A stretch of 64,000 bases of DNA from Candidatus Thalassarchaeaceae archaeon (GCA_029250605.1 JAQXEZ010000016.1:1743-65742), one strand, 5' to 3'; shown: positions 20,509 through 30,512, counted from the stretch's first letter. A program made the numbers and translations. Notes: a model not told the origin generated them from the letters alone.

Positions 20509-20841
20509 ATGGCGAGAAAGGACTCACTAACATGGTTCATGCTGGGAATCGCGCAGATACTAATTGGAGACGCAATCGCTGGAGAAATCATCGGGCCACT
20601 AATCCAAGCGTCTGGAGGTGGGACTTTAGCCCTCGGGTTATACTTCCTCCTGTTCGTCGCACGTCACGACGAAGAGTTCACCGAGCTATACAGCAAGGCC
20701 GAGAGGACAATCTTGCTTACGGATCCAGCTACTGGTAGGAAGGAACTAGTGAACGAATCCCCGAAAGGGGTCAAGGCGGCTTGGTACGCAGTGCCTGTGA
20801 TGATGACATTCATAGGCGCGATGGCCTGGCTCGTTGGCTGA
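20509..20841 (+). CDS. Hypothetical membrane protein
   Basis: Three hydrophobic segments; fills the gap on the operon strand. Confidence 0.6.
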   Translation: MARKDSLTWFMLGIAQILIGDAIAGEIIGPLIQASGGGTLALGLYFLLFVARHDEEFTELYSKAERTILLTDPATGRKELVNESPKGVKAAWYAVPVMMTFIGAMAWLVG

Positions 20842-20850
20842 GGAAGGCTG

Positions 20851-21114
20851 ATGTCCCCCAAAGAGGACGACACGATCGTCGACAAGGTGATTGGAAACCC
20901 CGCATTCGACCAGATGTTCGGTTACCACATCTTCTTCAGAAGGGCAGCCATCCCCGTCCTCCTTTTCCTGATAGGGCTCTTGTCTTACACGCTATTCGAC
21001 TCATTCCTCTCTTCCCAGAACAACCTCACACTGTCCTTCGTAATCGTCGGACTCTCATTGGGTCCGATTCTGAACCTAGAGCGATACATGGGCTCCATAT
21101 TGTCTAAGAAATGA
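20851..21114 (+). CDS. Hypothetical two-TM membrane protein
   Basis: Two hydrophobic helices; starts 9 nt after the previous ORF. Confidence 0.6.
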   Translation: MSPKEDDTIVDKVIGNPAFDQMFGYHIFFRRAAIPVLLFLIGLLSYTLFDSFLSSQNNLTLSFVIVGLSLGPILNLERYMGSILSKK

Positions 21115-21174
21115 GGCTCCCTTACCACCCGTTCCGCCGAACAAGTCAAATCTTACCCATCGTACGCAGTAGTA

Positions 21175-21762
21175 ATGGCTGAGTTCAGTTTGTTTGATTT
21201 AATAGGTTTCGGGGATGCAACGGGGGTCGAACTGCTCTTCGCAGCAAGCGCTCTAGTGGGCGGGATTCTGTTCGTCCTCTACTTCTTCCTACTGATGATA
21301 GGAGGCATTGCAACCGATGTCTTCGATGGCCTGTTTGGCATAGATGTCGACCTAGGGGCGGATGCCTCGTTCAAGGCACTCACTTTCCAGGGCATCATGG
21401 CCTTCTTGATGTTCTTCGGTCTTGGTGGACTCTACGTTCTGAAGTCAGATGGGGGGGCCAGCCTCTCCATACTCGCGGGAGGCATAGCAGGAACGGCGTC
21501 GATGTACGCAACGGGCAAACTATTCGAGCTCTTCGTCAATCTGCAGCAGGATGGGACCACTGATCTGGTTGAGGCAGTCGGATCAAAGGGGCAGACATAC
21601 CTGAGGATAGCCGAAGATGGATTGGGGCAGGTCACCGTGGAGGTTAACGGTGCCCAGAGGACATACAACGCAAAGTCAGAGGACGGTGCCGGAATAGCAA
21701 CCGGCGACTTCATCGAAGTGGTCGATGTAATCGGCGAGGTATTGGTAGTAAAGAGGATCTAA
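21175..21762 (+). CDS. NfeD-like membrane protein (flotillin partner)
   Basis: TM N-terminus plus OB-fold-like C-terminus (GQVTVEVNG, IATGDFIEVVDV); directly upstream of flotillin. Confidence 0.8.
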   Translation: MAEFSLFDLIGFGDATGVELLFAASALVGGILFVLYFFLLMIGGIATDVFDGLFGIDVDLGADASFKALTFQGIMAFLMFFGLGGLYVLKSDGGASLSILAGGIAGTASMYATGKLFELFVNLQQDGTTDLVEAVGSKGQTYLRIAEDGLGQVTVEVNGAQRTYNAKSEDGAGIATGDFIEVVDVIGEVLVVKRI

Positions 21763-21860
21763 TTTCTCATTGAAATTTCCTAGTCCCACCATCCCACCAG
21801 TGGCCATGATGGGTAAGCATTCATAGGTGACCAACCCTTCATCTGGAATGAGTTGAGCCA

Positions 21861-23279
21861 ATGGCAACGTCAGCAGATATACTAGGAATAATGATTTTTG
21901 CAGTTGTACTGATTCTTGTGGCTGCTGTGATGTTTTTCGCACAGCGCTACAAGAGATGTCCACCTGACCAGATAATGGTGATTTATGGACGCACGGAAAG
22001 AACGGCGGACGGTCGCCCGAAACCATCCAAGACCATGCACGGTGGTGCTGCCCTAGTATGGCCCCTGATTCAGGACTTCGCATACATCTCTCTGAAGCCG
22101 ATGACAATCAACATCGACCTCAGAGGGGCCCTATCCCTGCAGAACATCAGGATCAACGTCCCGAGCACATTCACGATCGGCGTTTCCACTGAGCCTTCCA
22201 TAATGGCCAATGCAGCCGAGCGTCTTCTGGGATTCAGGGTGGACGACATCGAGGAGATGGCCAAGGAGATCATCTTCGGGCAACTACGTCTGACTGTCGC
22301 GACCCTGACAATCGAGCAGATCAACCAGGACCGCGACTCCTTCCTGGAGCTGATTCAGAAGAACGTCGGACAGGAGATGAGGAAGGTCGGGCTGTACCTG
22401 ATCAACGTGAACATCGCTGATATCACCGATGAGTCGGATTACATCGAGAGCATCGGCAAGAAGGCAGCATCCACAGCAGTCGAGCAGGCTAGGATCGATG
22501 TCGCAGACGCTCAGAGGGACGGTGCAATCGGTCAGGCAAAGGCAGACAGGGCAAGGGAGATCGAGGTAGCTCAGAACACAGCCGAAGCCGAGAAGGGCCG
22601 CAAGGCCGCCGAGGCAGACCAGCGTGTGTACGTCGAGCAGCAAGAGGCCATGGCGGTTGCTGGTGAGAACTCTGCCCAGGCAGAGATAGCCAGAGCAAAC
22701 GCAGACCTAGCCGAAGCCGAGGCTTCAGCCAAGCAGAGAGCCGACGTTGCAACAGCACAGGCAGAGGCAGAGATTCAGAAGGCAGTATACGAAGAGGAGG
22801 AGCAGAAGCTCAGAGCAAGTGAGATTGCCCAAGCGACCGTCCAGAAGCAGCAGATCGAGATACAAGCAGAGGCCGAGGCGGAGAGGCAGAGGAGAGTAGC
22901 TCGCGGTGAGGCCGATGCAATTCTTGCCAAGTATGAGGCCGAGGCCGAGGGTATCCAGAAGGTCCTGGAGTCCAAGGCAACGGGTTACAGCAGCCTAGTC
23001 GCCAGCGCTTCTGGAGACCCCAAGGCAGCAGCAACTCTCCTGATGGTCGAGAAGATAGAGGCCATGGTCACTGCACAGACCGAGGCTATCCGGAATCTGA
23101 AGATTGACAAGATCACAGTATGGGACAGTGGCAACAACGCTGATGGGAATTCGGCTACTAGCAACTTCGTAAGCAGCCTGGTCCAGAGCCTGCCACCAAT
23201 CCATGACGTAGCCAAGATGTCCGGCGTCGAGCTCCCAGACTACTTGGGTTCGATGACAGACGATTCCGATGAGTCTTGA
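21861..23279 (+). CDS. Flotillin / SPFH domain protein
   Basis: N-terminal TM, SPFH domain, Ala/Glu coiled coil, IDKITVWD. Confidence 0.92.
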   Translation: MATSADILGIMIFAVVLILVAAVMFFAQRYKRCPPDQIMVIYGRTERTADGRPKPSKTMHGGAALVWPLIQDFAYISLKPMTINIDLRGALSLQNIRINVPSTFTIGVSTEPSIMANAAERLLGFRVDDIEEMAKEIIFGQLRLTVATLTIEQINQDRDSFLELIQKNVGQEMRKVGLYLINVNIADITDESDYIESIGKKAASTAVEQARIDVADAQRDGAIGQAKADRAREIEVAQNTAEAEKGRKAAEADQRVYVEQQEAMAVAGENSAQAEIARANADLAEAEASAKQRADVATAQAEAEIQKAVYEEEEQKLRASEIAQATVQKQQIEIQAEAEAERQRRVARGEADAILAKYEAEAEGIQKVLESKATGYSSLVASASGDPKAAATLLMVEKIEAMVTAQTEAIRNLKIDKITVWDSGNNADGNSATSNFVSSLVQSLPPIHDVAKMSGVELPDYLGSMTDDSDES

Positions 23280-23299
23280 TCATTATCGGAAGTGATGGC

Positions 23300-24532
23300 A
23301 TGACCGAGAGCGCGGTTGTCGTGGAGGGGGCTAGGACCCCGTTCTGCGAGTGGCTAGGTGGAAAGAGAGGTGACGGCAGTCCAGGTGGGAGACTAGCATC
23401 CGTCTCCGCAGAGGAACTTGGCACCATTGCTATCAAAGGCGCAATGGAGAGGTCGGGAACTGATCCAAATACCGTTGAACACGTAGTAATGGGCCATGCG
23501 CTGCAGACTTCCGGACAAGCAATTTTCGGAGCCAGGCACGCCGGACTCAGAGCCGGAATTCCCCAAGAAGTTCCGATGCTCACACTAAACCGACTTTGCG
23601 GAAGCGGCGCCCAGTCAATCATCAGCGCAACCCAGATGATCATGCTGGGAGAGGCAGAGGTAGTTGTTGCAGGGGGGATGGAGAACCTCAGCCAGGCCCC
23701 ACACGTCCTAAGGGGGATGAGGGGTACTTACAAGTTAGGCAGACCCCCATCAGCTGGGGAAGAAATCCCGCAGGACATGGAGGACTACCTATTCACGAAC
23801 CTGGTCGACGGGGTCAGTGGCATGTTCATGGCTCAGACCAGTGACGAATTATGTCGTAGGAAGGGAGTTCTCCGAGAGCAGGCGGATGAATACGCCGCCC
23901 TGAGCCACCAGAGGACCGAGTCCAGCGTATCGTCTGGAGCTTGGGAGAACGAGATAGTTCCAGTCGAGACTCCAGGTGGAGTAATTGACCATTCCCACGA
24001 GGATCACGTAGTCCTCGGCACGACCATCGAGACCCTCTCGGGCCTGAGGGCCCACTTCGGACCAGACTCCTTGGTTACTGCAGGCAATGCGTCTGGTGTC
24101 GTCGATGGCGCCGCTGCGGTCGTGGTGAAGTCTGAGTCTCGAGCAGAATCTGACGGTGACGAACCACTGGCAAGAATCGTCTCATGGGGGATAGTCGGTC
24201 TAGAGCCCAGCATCATGGCTTACGGCCCGGTCCCCTCCAGTCAGAAGGCGATCGAGAAAGCAGGCCTGACCGTCTCGGACATAGACCTCTGGGAGATCAA
24301 CGAGGCATTCGCAGGACAGGCAGTAGCCTGCATCAAGGACCTCGGGATAGATTATGACAGAGTCAATGTGAATGGCGGTGCGGTGGGACTGGGACATCCC
24401 CTAGCCGCAACCGGAACGAGGCTTGTCCTGACTCTCTCTCACCAGTTGAAGAGAACTGGTGGGCGTTACGGGGTAGCCACAGCCTGCATTGGTGGCGGAC
24501 AAGGAATAGCCGTAGTCTTAGAATCGCTTTAA
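23300..24532 (+). CDS. Thiolase (acetyl-CoA C-acyltransferase)
   Basis: NRLCGSG, EINEAFA, GHPLAATG, CIGGGQG. Confidence 0.95.
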   Translation: MTESAVVVEGARTPFCEWLGGKRGDGSPGGRLASVSAEELGTIAIKGAMERSGTDPNTVEHVVMGHALQTSGQAIFGARHAGLRAGIPQEVPMLTLNRLCGSGAQSIISATQMIMLGEAEVVVAGGMENLSQAPHVLRGMRGTYKLGRPPSAGEEIPQDMEDYLFTNLVDGVSGMFMAQTSDELCRRKGVLREQADEYAALSHQRTESSVSSGAWENEIVPVETPGGVIDHSHEDHVVLGTTIETLSGLRAHFGPDSLVTAGNASGVVDGAAAVVVKSESRAESDGDEPLARIVSWGIVGLEPSIMAYGPVPSSQKAIEKAGLTVSDIDLWEINEAFAGQAVACIKDLGIDYDRVNVNGGAVGLGHPLAATGTRLVLTLSHQLKRTGGRYGVATACIGGGQGIAVVLESL

Positions 24533-24587
24533 TCAGCGGTGAGCCTAGTGGCGGAGGGGTTATCTCTAATCGAAGAACCCCTTGCTC

Positions 24588-24863
24588 ATGAGCCACATAC
24601 CTGGAACCGGACACGCGACTTCAAAGAGAAGCCTAGTGAAGACAGTAACTTGGAGGACAATTGGGACAATTGATACCATCATCATTGCTAGATTTATCAC
24701 GGGTAGTTGGACGGCAGGAGCAGCCATAGGGGGGATCGAGGTCTTCACCAAGATGGCGCTATACTTCCTACATGAGAGGGGATGGAGTTTTGTCGACTGG
24801 GGTTTGGAGGATACTACCGTACCATTAGAAACACATTCTATCGTGGCGGTTCAATCTTCGTAG
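24588..24863 (+). CDS. DUF2061 domain membrane protein, copy 1
   Basis: RSLVKTVTWRTIGTIDT and KMALYFLHERGW signature. Confidence 0.88.
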   Translation: MSHIPGTGHATSKRSLVKTVTWRTIGTIDTIIIARFITGSWTAGAAIGGIEVFTKMALYFLHERGWSFVDWGLEDTTVPLETHSIVAVQSS

Positions 24864-24937
24864 TAAAACACTGAGACTGACCCATTCGAACCGCTTAGGT
24901 TAATTGCCATATGCTCGGCCCCGGCCTTGATATGGCG

Positions 24938-25156
24938 ATGGGTTTGTACACTAGGGAACGCGTTCTGGCAAAGACATTTGCCTGGAGAATAATAGCGACT
25001 TTGACAGGAGCAGCGATAGCTGGAATGCTGACTGGCGAGTTAGAAACAGCGGGGTGGTTCATCGTTATCGAGTTCCCGTTGAAGATGAGTTTCTACTACG
25101 TCCATGAGAGGGCTTGGGAAGCAGTGGAGTGGGGAGTCGCAGAACCAGCGGTATGA
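24938..25156 (+). CDS. DUF2061 domain membrane protein, copy 2
   Basis: RVLAKTFAWRIIAT and KMSFYYVHERAW; the track ORF starts at 24911. Confidence 0.85.
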   Translation: MGLYTRERVLAKTFAWRIIATLTGAAIAGMLTGELETAGWFIVIEFPLKMSFYYVHERAWEAVEWGVAEPAV

Positions 25157-25157
25157 C

Positions 25158-27884
25158 CTACTCGTGGATGAACCAGTGTTCCTTCCTAGGAGGGAGTGGT
25201 CGATTCATCCACAGGGGCCTCCTCTCACCACGAGGATGTACTTCCTTCTCCTTGGCCATTTCGTTCCACTTCTTGTAGTACTCAAACGACTTGTTGGTAT
25301 CGACCTCTACGTCACCGTACTTCTCCCCCTCGGCCGGCCTTGAGATCCTAACCTTCTGAAGCCAGCAGTGCGCTCCGCTGATCGGGTCGGGCTGAACTGC
25401 ATGGGTGATGTTCTGATGCACCCCGCCATCCCTCCACCAGACCCTGTTGGTGTCCGGATCTTCGGACTCCCACGGCCTTACCCCTGTGACCGTCCTCATC
25501 CTCATCCTGCCCTCGCCCAGGTCCTCTATCTCGACCTCGTTGGTCATGTACCTGTTGCCCGAGTCCTGCTTCCTCCTCCATCTGCCGATGTGGTGCGAGC
25601 ATCCGATTATCCCTGGCTTTATGCCCTCGGTAACCCAGACCTTGTCAATGAACCAGCCTATCTCGGTCTCGACTTTGAGGAGGTCACCCTCGCCGACCCC
25701 TAGCTTGGCGGCATCTTTCGGATGGACCCAGAGGGGATTCCTATGGGCTATCTCTGCAAGCCATTTGGCATTGGCGGAGCGAGAGTGGATGTGCTGGGGT
25801 AGTCGGAAGTTCGGGAGAAGGCAGTATTCGTCCTCCCCCTGCAGGTTGTCCGGGTGCACGTGGCTCATTACTCTGTAGTGAGGGATGGAGTGCTCGGGAT
25901 GGCCGAACTCGACCATGGTGTTCGAATAGATCTCCTGCTTACCGCTCGGAGTTGGCCATCCATCCTCCTCGTGCTTGTTGTAGGTGGCCTCCTCGATAAG
26001 GAAAGCACCGTGCTTCCGCATGTAACCAAGGGGGTCGGTCCCTTCGGCATCCGCTGCTTCGGGAAGCCCCGGTATCCTCTCGAACATGTACTGGTAGTAT
26101 TCGTCGATTGTGATTCTCTCACCCTCTCGGTATGGGCTCATGAAGTGCTCCCTGATTCCCATCGTGCCATCGTCTATCCTCCATGACAGCTCGTTCCAGA
26201 ACTCATCCTCCTCCCACACCTCTCCGGGGTTGACCTCGTGAGTGAATTCCACTTCCTTGCCCTCTCTGCGAGCATATTCCCTCAGCACCGGTTGCCTGAA
26301 CGCTACCCACTTGCCTGAGCTGGTAGCATATGAGTTGACGTCGTGCCTCTCTGAGGCATGCCCCATTGGGAGGACGTAGTCAGCGAAGAAGGCCGTTTCG
26401 TTCCAAGTCGGGGTCAGAGCCACATGGCACCCAACTGCATCCTCGTTCTGTAGCATCTCGATCCAAGAGAATCCGTCTGGATATGTCCAAACCGGATTGA
26501 AGACTCTAGTGAAGTAGACATCCATCTCTCCCCTTCCGTCCTTGATCAGGTGCGGCAGGATGTGACTCATCTCGTAGTGGGACATCGTGTACTCTGGAGG
26601 GAAGTGCAACTCGTTCCACCCATCCGGGTCGGGGGGGACGTCGAAGAGGTCAGGCTTGTACTTGGACCACGAGTTTGGAGAGGTGCCCCCTTCGGTCCCC
26701 ACGCTCCCTGTTAGGACGTTAAGCAGATGTAGGGCCCTGCTGACTTGCCATCCACCAAGATTGCCTATGGCAGCAGCCCTCCAAACGTGTGTAGCAAGCC
26801 TGCTTCCAGCGCTTGCCACGATCTCTCCCACCTCTATTACCTGCTCTACTGGGATCCTGCATTCCTTCGCCGCGAACTCGGGGGTGTACTGCGAATATTC
26901 CTCAACCAGGAGTTCGATGAATCGATCGAACTCCGGTGGCTCTTCTGGGTGGTCCGCCTCCAGCCACTCCCCCCAGTTTACCCAGTTCTCCACAAAGTCC
27001 CTGTCGAACAGGCCTCGCTCCAGGATCATATTGGCCCATGTTAGGAAGAGGGCTGACTCCGATCCGGGCCACGTCGGAAGCCAATGGTCAGCCATGGCCG
27101 CGGTGTTGGAGAGTCTCGGATCTATTACGATGAGCTTGGCTCCGTCCATCATCCCTTCCAGGATCCTCTGTGCATGCGGATTGAAGTAGTGACCAGTCTC
27201 CAAATGTGACGATGTTAGCAGGATCACCTTTGCGTTGGCGTGATCAGGTGATGGCCTATCGTGACGATGCCAGAGCGCATACCCGGTCCTGGCCCCAGCA
27301 GAGCATATGTTGGTGTGGCTGTTGTGCCCATCGACTCCCCAAGCCTTCAGGATCCTGTTTGTGTACCCCTCGTGCCCTGGACGTCCGACATGATACACTA
27401 CCCTGTCCTTGGCACCCGTCTTCAGTGAGTGGCGAATCTTGGTTGAGATTTCGTCCAATGCGTCGTCCCAGGATATTCTCTCCCAACCCCCTTCCCCCCT
27501 TGGACCAACTCTCCTCATTGGGTGGAGTATCCTCTCGGTGTCATTGATCTGGTTGATAGTTGCAGGACCCTTGGCACAGTTCCTGCCCCTACTACCGGGA
27601 TGGTGTGGGTTCCCCTCGAACTTAGACACCTTTCCAGAGTCCTTGTCCACATATGCCAGAAGTCCGCATGCGGACTCGCAGTTGAAGCAAGTCGTGGGTA
27701 CCAAAGAGTATCGCTTCTCGACCATCTTCGGCCACTCGTTCGCATCAAGTTCTACGTGATCGTGCCATTCTTCCGGTTTGGGGAAGTGCCTCAGTGAACC
27801 GTTGGCCCCGACTGCATCGGGCCTGTCCAGATTGGGGATGATCCTGAGCCTCTGCGCCACGTTCTCGATGAATGTCTTACCCAA
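25158..27884 (-). CDS. Molybdopterin (DMSO reductase family) oxidoreductase catalytic subunit, Psr/Phs/Arr-like, no Tat signal
   Basis: FS0 motif CFNCESAC...CAKG, NSHTNICS (probable Cys Mo ligand), ADYVLP, HIHSRS, dinucleotide-binding C-terminal domain. Confidence 0.9.
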   Translation of the reverse strand: MGKTFIENVAQRLRIIPNLDRPDAVGANGSLRHFPKPEEWHDHVELDANEWPKMVEKRYSLVPTTCFNCESACGLLAYVDKDSGKVSKFEGNPHHPGSRGRNCAKGPATINQINDTERILHPMRRVGPRGEGGWERISWDDALDEISTKIRHSLKTGAKDRVVYHVGRPGHEGYTNRILKAWGVDGHNSHTNICSAGARTGYALWHRHDRPSPDHANAKVILLTSSHLETGHYFNPHAQRILEGMMDGAKLIVIDPRLSNTAAMADHWLPTWPGSESALFLTWANMILERGLFDRDFVENWVNWGEWLEADHPEEPPEFDRFIELLVEEYSQYTPEFAAKECRIPVEQVIEVGEIVASAGSRLATHVWRAAAIGNLGGWQVSRALHLLNVLTGSVGTEGGTSPNSWSKYKPDLFDVPPDPDGWNELHFPPEYTMSHYEMSHILPHLIKDGRGEMDVYFTRVFNPVWTYPDGFSWIEMLQNEDAVGCHVALTPTWNETAFFADYVLPMGHASERHDVNSYATSSGKWVAFRQPVLREYARREGKEVEFTHEVNPGEVWEEDEFWNELSWRIDDGTMGIREHFMSPYREGERITIDEYYQYMFERIPGLPEAADAEGTDPLGYMRKHGAFLIEEATYNKHEEDGWPTPSGKQEIYSNTMVEFGHPEHSIPHYRVMSHVHPDNLQGEDEYCLLPNFRLPQHIHSRSANAKWLAEIAHRNPLWVHPKDAAKLGVGEGDLLKVETEIGWFIDKVWVTEGIKPGIIGCSHHIGRWRRKQDSGNRYMTNEVEIEDLGEGRMRMRTVTGVRPWESEDPDTNRVWWRDGGVHQNITHAVQPDPISGAHCWLQKVRISRPAEGEKYGDVEVDTNKSFEYYKKWNEMAKEKEVHPRGERRPLWMNRPLPPRKEHWFIHE

Positions 27885-27893
27885 GCTAGCACC

Positions 27894-29306
27894 TCACAAT
27901 AACGGCTCCATCTGTGGCTCCATGACCAATTTTTTGTCATGGGCCAGAATTCCTACTAGTACCATCCCGCCTAATACGAAGGCGAGCGGCTTCATCAAAG
28001 AGAGGGGGAAGAAAACTGCAGCCCCGATTGCCACGGTCTCGACGAGGAATTTAGCAGGAAGCAGGGAATCTTCTGACCAGGACCTGCCCTTGGCCTGCAT
28101 TAGAAGCCAAGCCGTGTAAACCCCAGTCAGCAAGGCAAGTGGCAATCCGGCAATTGCCAGATATGTTAGGAAGGACCTGTCCAAGTCGAGGATTAGGACT
28201 CCAGCACTCAGGGCCAGAACGCCGCCATATCCAGAGAGGATGTATGCTCCCTTCACTAGCCAAGAGTCCCAATTCGGCCTCAGCATCACGTATAGGAACC
28301 TCTCCGGCCTATCTAGGTCGATGACTAGGAGTAGCCCAGTGATGGCCAGGAATACAATCCCTATTCCTAGGGTCATTGCCCACAGGCCATCGCTCATTTC
28401 AACCAACCCAGAAAGCATTGCTAGAATCGCCACTACATAGGTTCCAGCTGCTATCCCCTTCGTCCAGATGTAAGTAGACACCTCCCACCCCCATAGGACT
28501 CCTTTGCTGGGCTGGTCGTAACTTCGCTTGGCTCCACCAGTCTCTTCCGATAGCCTTTCCATTACATCTCTGATGATTGCCTTGTCTCGGGGAGATGACT
28601 GCTTAGCCTTCTTTTCTAGAGCCAGTTGAACTATCATTGACGTGGTGTCCGCCCCCTCCAACCTGCTGTCTGCGTACTTTGCGAAGTGCCCGACCCCGAA
28701 TGCTTGCTCAGTCCACATGCCAGAACCAGTAACCTCGGTGGCATATGGGTCTAGCATCTCCTCGCTGGCATCAATGTAGTACAGATTGGGAGTAGCTCCC
28801 GACTGGGGCTTTCTCACAGTTGTATCATGTGAGGCGACTAGGTTGGAAATCTCAGAGTTGGGGTCGTCCAAGTCCCCTGAGACTATTGACTCAGTGGGGC
28901 AGACAATCACGCATGCAGGCTCGTAGGAGTGTTCGATCCTATGAGCGCAGTAGTTGCACTTAGCGGCAGTGCCCTTGTTGGGGTCGATATAGAGAGCGTC
29001 GTAGGGACACGCCTGCATGCACGACTTGCACCCTATGCATCGTTCGTCATCGAAATCTACTATCCCATCAGACCTCGTGAAAAGAGCCGTAGTCGGGCAT
29101 ATAGTCGTACACGGGGAGTCCTCGCAATGGTTGCATCGATGGACGCTGAACTCTCTTGTCGAATCCGGATATGTTCCCGATTCTATGTACTTGACATGGG
29201 TTCTGTTGACTCCGATTGGGATATCGTGCTCGGATTTGCAGGCTACGGTGCAAGCATGGCACCCGATGCAAGTCTTGTTGTTTATCACGAATCCGTAGTT
29301 CGTCAC
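27894..29306 (-). CDS. Fusion of a four-cluster ferredoxin (PsrB/NrfC-like) and an NrfD/PsrC membrane anchor
   Basis: CIGCHACTVAC, CNHCEDSPC, CIGCKSCMQAC, KCNYC...PACVIVCP, followed by NrfD motifs WGWEVSTY and DLDRPERF. GTG 29306 is the likely start (track: 29333). Confidence 0.9.
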   Translation of the reverse strand: MTNYGFVINNKTCIGCHACTVACKSEHDIPIGVNRTHVKYIESGTYPDSTREFSVHRCNHCEDSPCTTICPTTALFTRSDGIVDFDDERCIGCKSCMQACPYDALYIDPNKGTAAKCNYCAHRIEHSYEPACVIVCPTESIVSGDLDDPNSEISNLVASHDTTVRKPQSGATPNLYYIDASEEMLDPYATEVTGSGMWTEQAFGVGHFAKYADSRLEGADTTSMIVQLALEKKAKQSSPRDKAIIRDVMERLSEETGGAKRSYDQPSKGVLWGWEVSTYIWTKGIAAGTYVVAILAMLSGLVEMSDGLWAMTLGIGIVFLAITGLLLVIDLDRPERFLYVMLRPNWDSWLVKGAYILSGYGGVLALSAGVLILDLDRSFLTYLAIAGLPLALLTGVYTAWLLMQAKGRSWSEDSLLPAKFLVETVAIGAAVFFPLSLMKPLAFVLGGMVLVGILAHDKKLVMEPQMEPLL

Positions 29307-29345
29307 TATTGTTGCGATGAGGCTTAGACGCAAAATAGTTCTGTG

Positions 29346-30512
29346 TCAACCAAGGAGCATTCCAAGAATAGCCCCGCCTGCTAGCCAAGCACCCGCCATC
29401 GAACCTAGATTACCCATCATAGTGACCATCAGAACCCTTCCAACACGGTTCTTCCAGAAAAGAGAAATCTCGTCAAGTACCAGGAAGTCCTGTGCGTCCT
29501 TCCCAGTGGGTGATGCGACCTTCAGTTGCGTGTATCCAGCGAACCATCCAGCTGCCAGAGTCGGATTGAGGGATGTGATTGGTGATGCGATGGCACCTAC
29601 AAGTATCGAGAGCGGATGCCCTCTAGCGATTAGAACCCCGGCCCCAGCCAGTACCGCATTCAGTATGAGCCACGTCTGAGCAGTCTGCTTCAGAGCATCT
29701 ATCTCCCCATTTGTAATCATCCAAGCAACAGCCCCAAAGAGGAAGATAGGGATTGCGGCCATCAGCAGTCTGGGCCAGATGGACTTGGGCGGTTCCTTGC
29801 CCAGCTCAGCCAGCCTCGATGTGGTTTCAATTGCAGGCTCCCCCAGGTTATGCGCAACCCCGCTTAGGTGACCAGCACCGATCACTGCCAGTACCTTGCC
29901 CCTCCCTCGAATCTGCTGAATCCTTCCAGCTAGGAAAGAGTCGCGTTCGTCGATCAGAACCTCTCCTGCTCCGGGTGCGATTTCCCTGGCTTCCTCCATC
30001 ATGCTGCTGAGCAGGTCGGAGTCACCAAGAACCTCGTCTATGGAAACCTCGTCATCGTCCTCTTCCCACAGCAGTGTGTTTAGAATTCTCCATTTCTCTA
30101 TTATCCCCATCTTCCTCCAGGCTCTCCTGAGGGTGACAACTACGTCCCTGTCAATCATTTCCACTGGGACTCCCGAGTCCTCGGCGGCAATCACTGCAGC
30201 CAGGAGTTCTGCACCCGGCTTCTCTCCGGATGAAACTCCCATCCTCCTCTGTTGGGCCGCAAGTGCCGATTGTAGGAGGATCATTGCCGACCTCCCCTCT
30301 TTGATAATCTTCAGAAGATCTTCAGATTCTAGTGAGTCTGGTTTTGTCAATGCAGCCATTCTTGATGGGCATAGTTCCACCGCAACCAAGTCAGGCCCCC
30401 ATTCTTCGATTTGACTCCGAACTAGGTCCACAGACTCACTACTGACGTGTGCAGTCCCCAATAGTCTCAGGCTATCATCGATATCGATGATGTTGTTGCC
30501 TTTCTCCGACAT
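29346..30512 (-). CDS. TraB/GumN (PrgY-like) family protein
   Basis: GTAHVS, VAVELC, LIDERD, VIGAGH, C-terminal TM region. Confidence 0.9.
   Translation of the reverse strand: MSEKGNNIIDIDDSLRLLGTAHVSSESVDLVRSQIEEWGPDLVAVELCPSRMAALTKPDSLESEDLLKIIKEGRSAMILLQSALAAQQRRMGVSSGEKPGAELLAAVIAAEDSGVPVEMIDRDVVVTLRRAWRKMGIIEKWRILNTLLWEEDDDEVSIDEVLGDSDLLSSMMEEAREIAPGAGEVLIDERDSFLAGRIQQIRGRGKVLAVIGAGHLSGVAHNLGEPAIETTSRLAELGKEPPKSIWPRLLMAAIPIFLFGAVAWMITNGEIDALKQTAQTWLILNAVLAGAGVLIARGHPLSILVGAIASPITSLNPTLAAGWFAGYTQLKVASPTGKDAQDFLVLDEISLFWKNRVGRVLMVTMMGNLGSMAGAWLAGGAILGMLLG

Noticed and set aside
25158-27884. Formate dehydrogenase or selenoprotein
   Set aside because: No in-frame TGA, and it lacks the Fdh C/U-H ligand motif; the region reads NICS.
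29346-30512. TraB as a sign of conjugation
   Set aside because: It is the TraB/PrgY/GumN family common in archaeal core genomes, and no other transfer genes are present.
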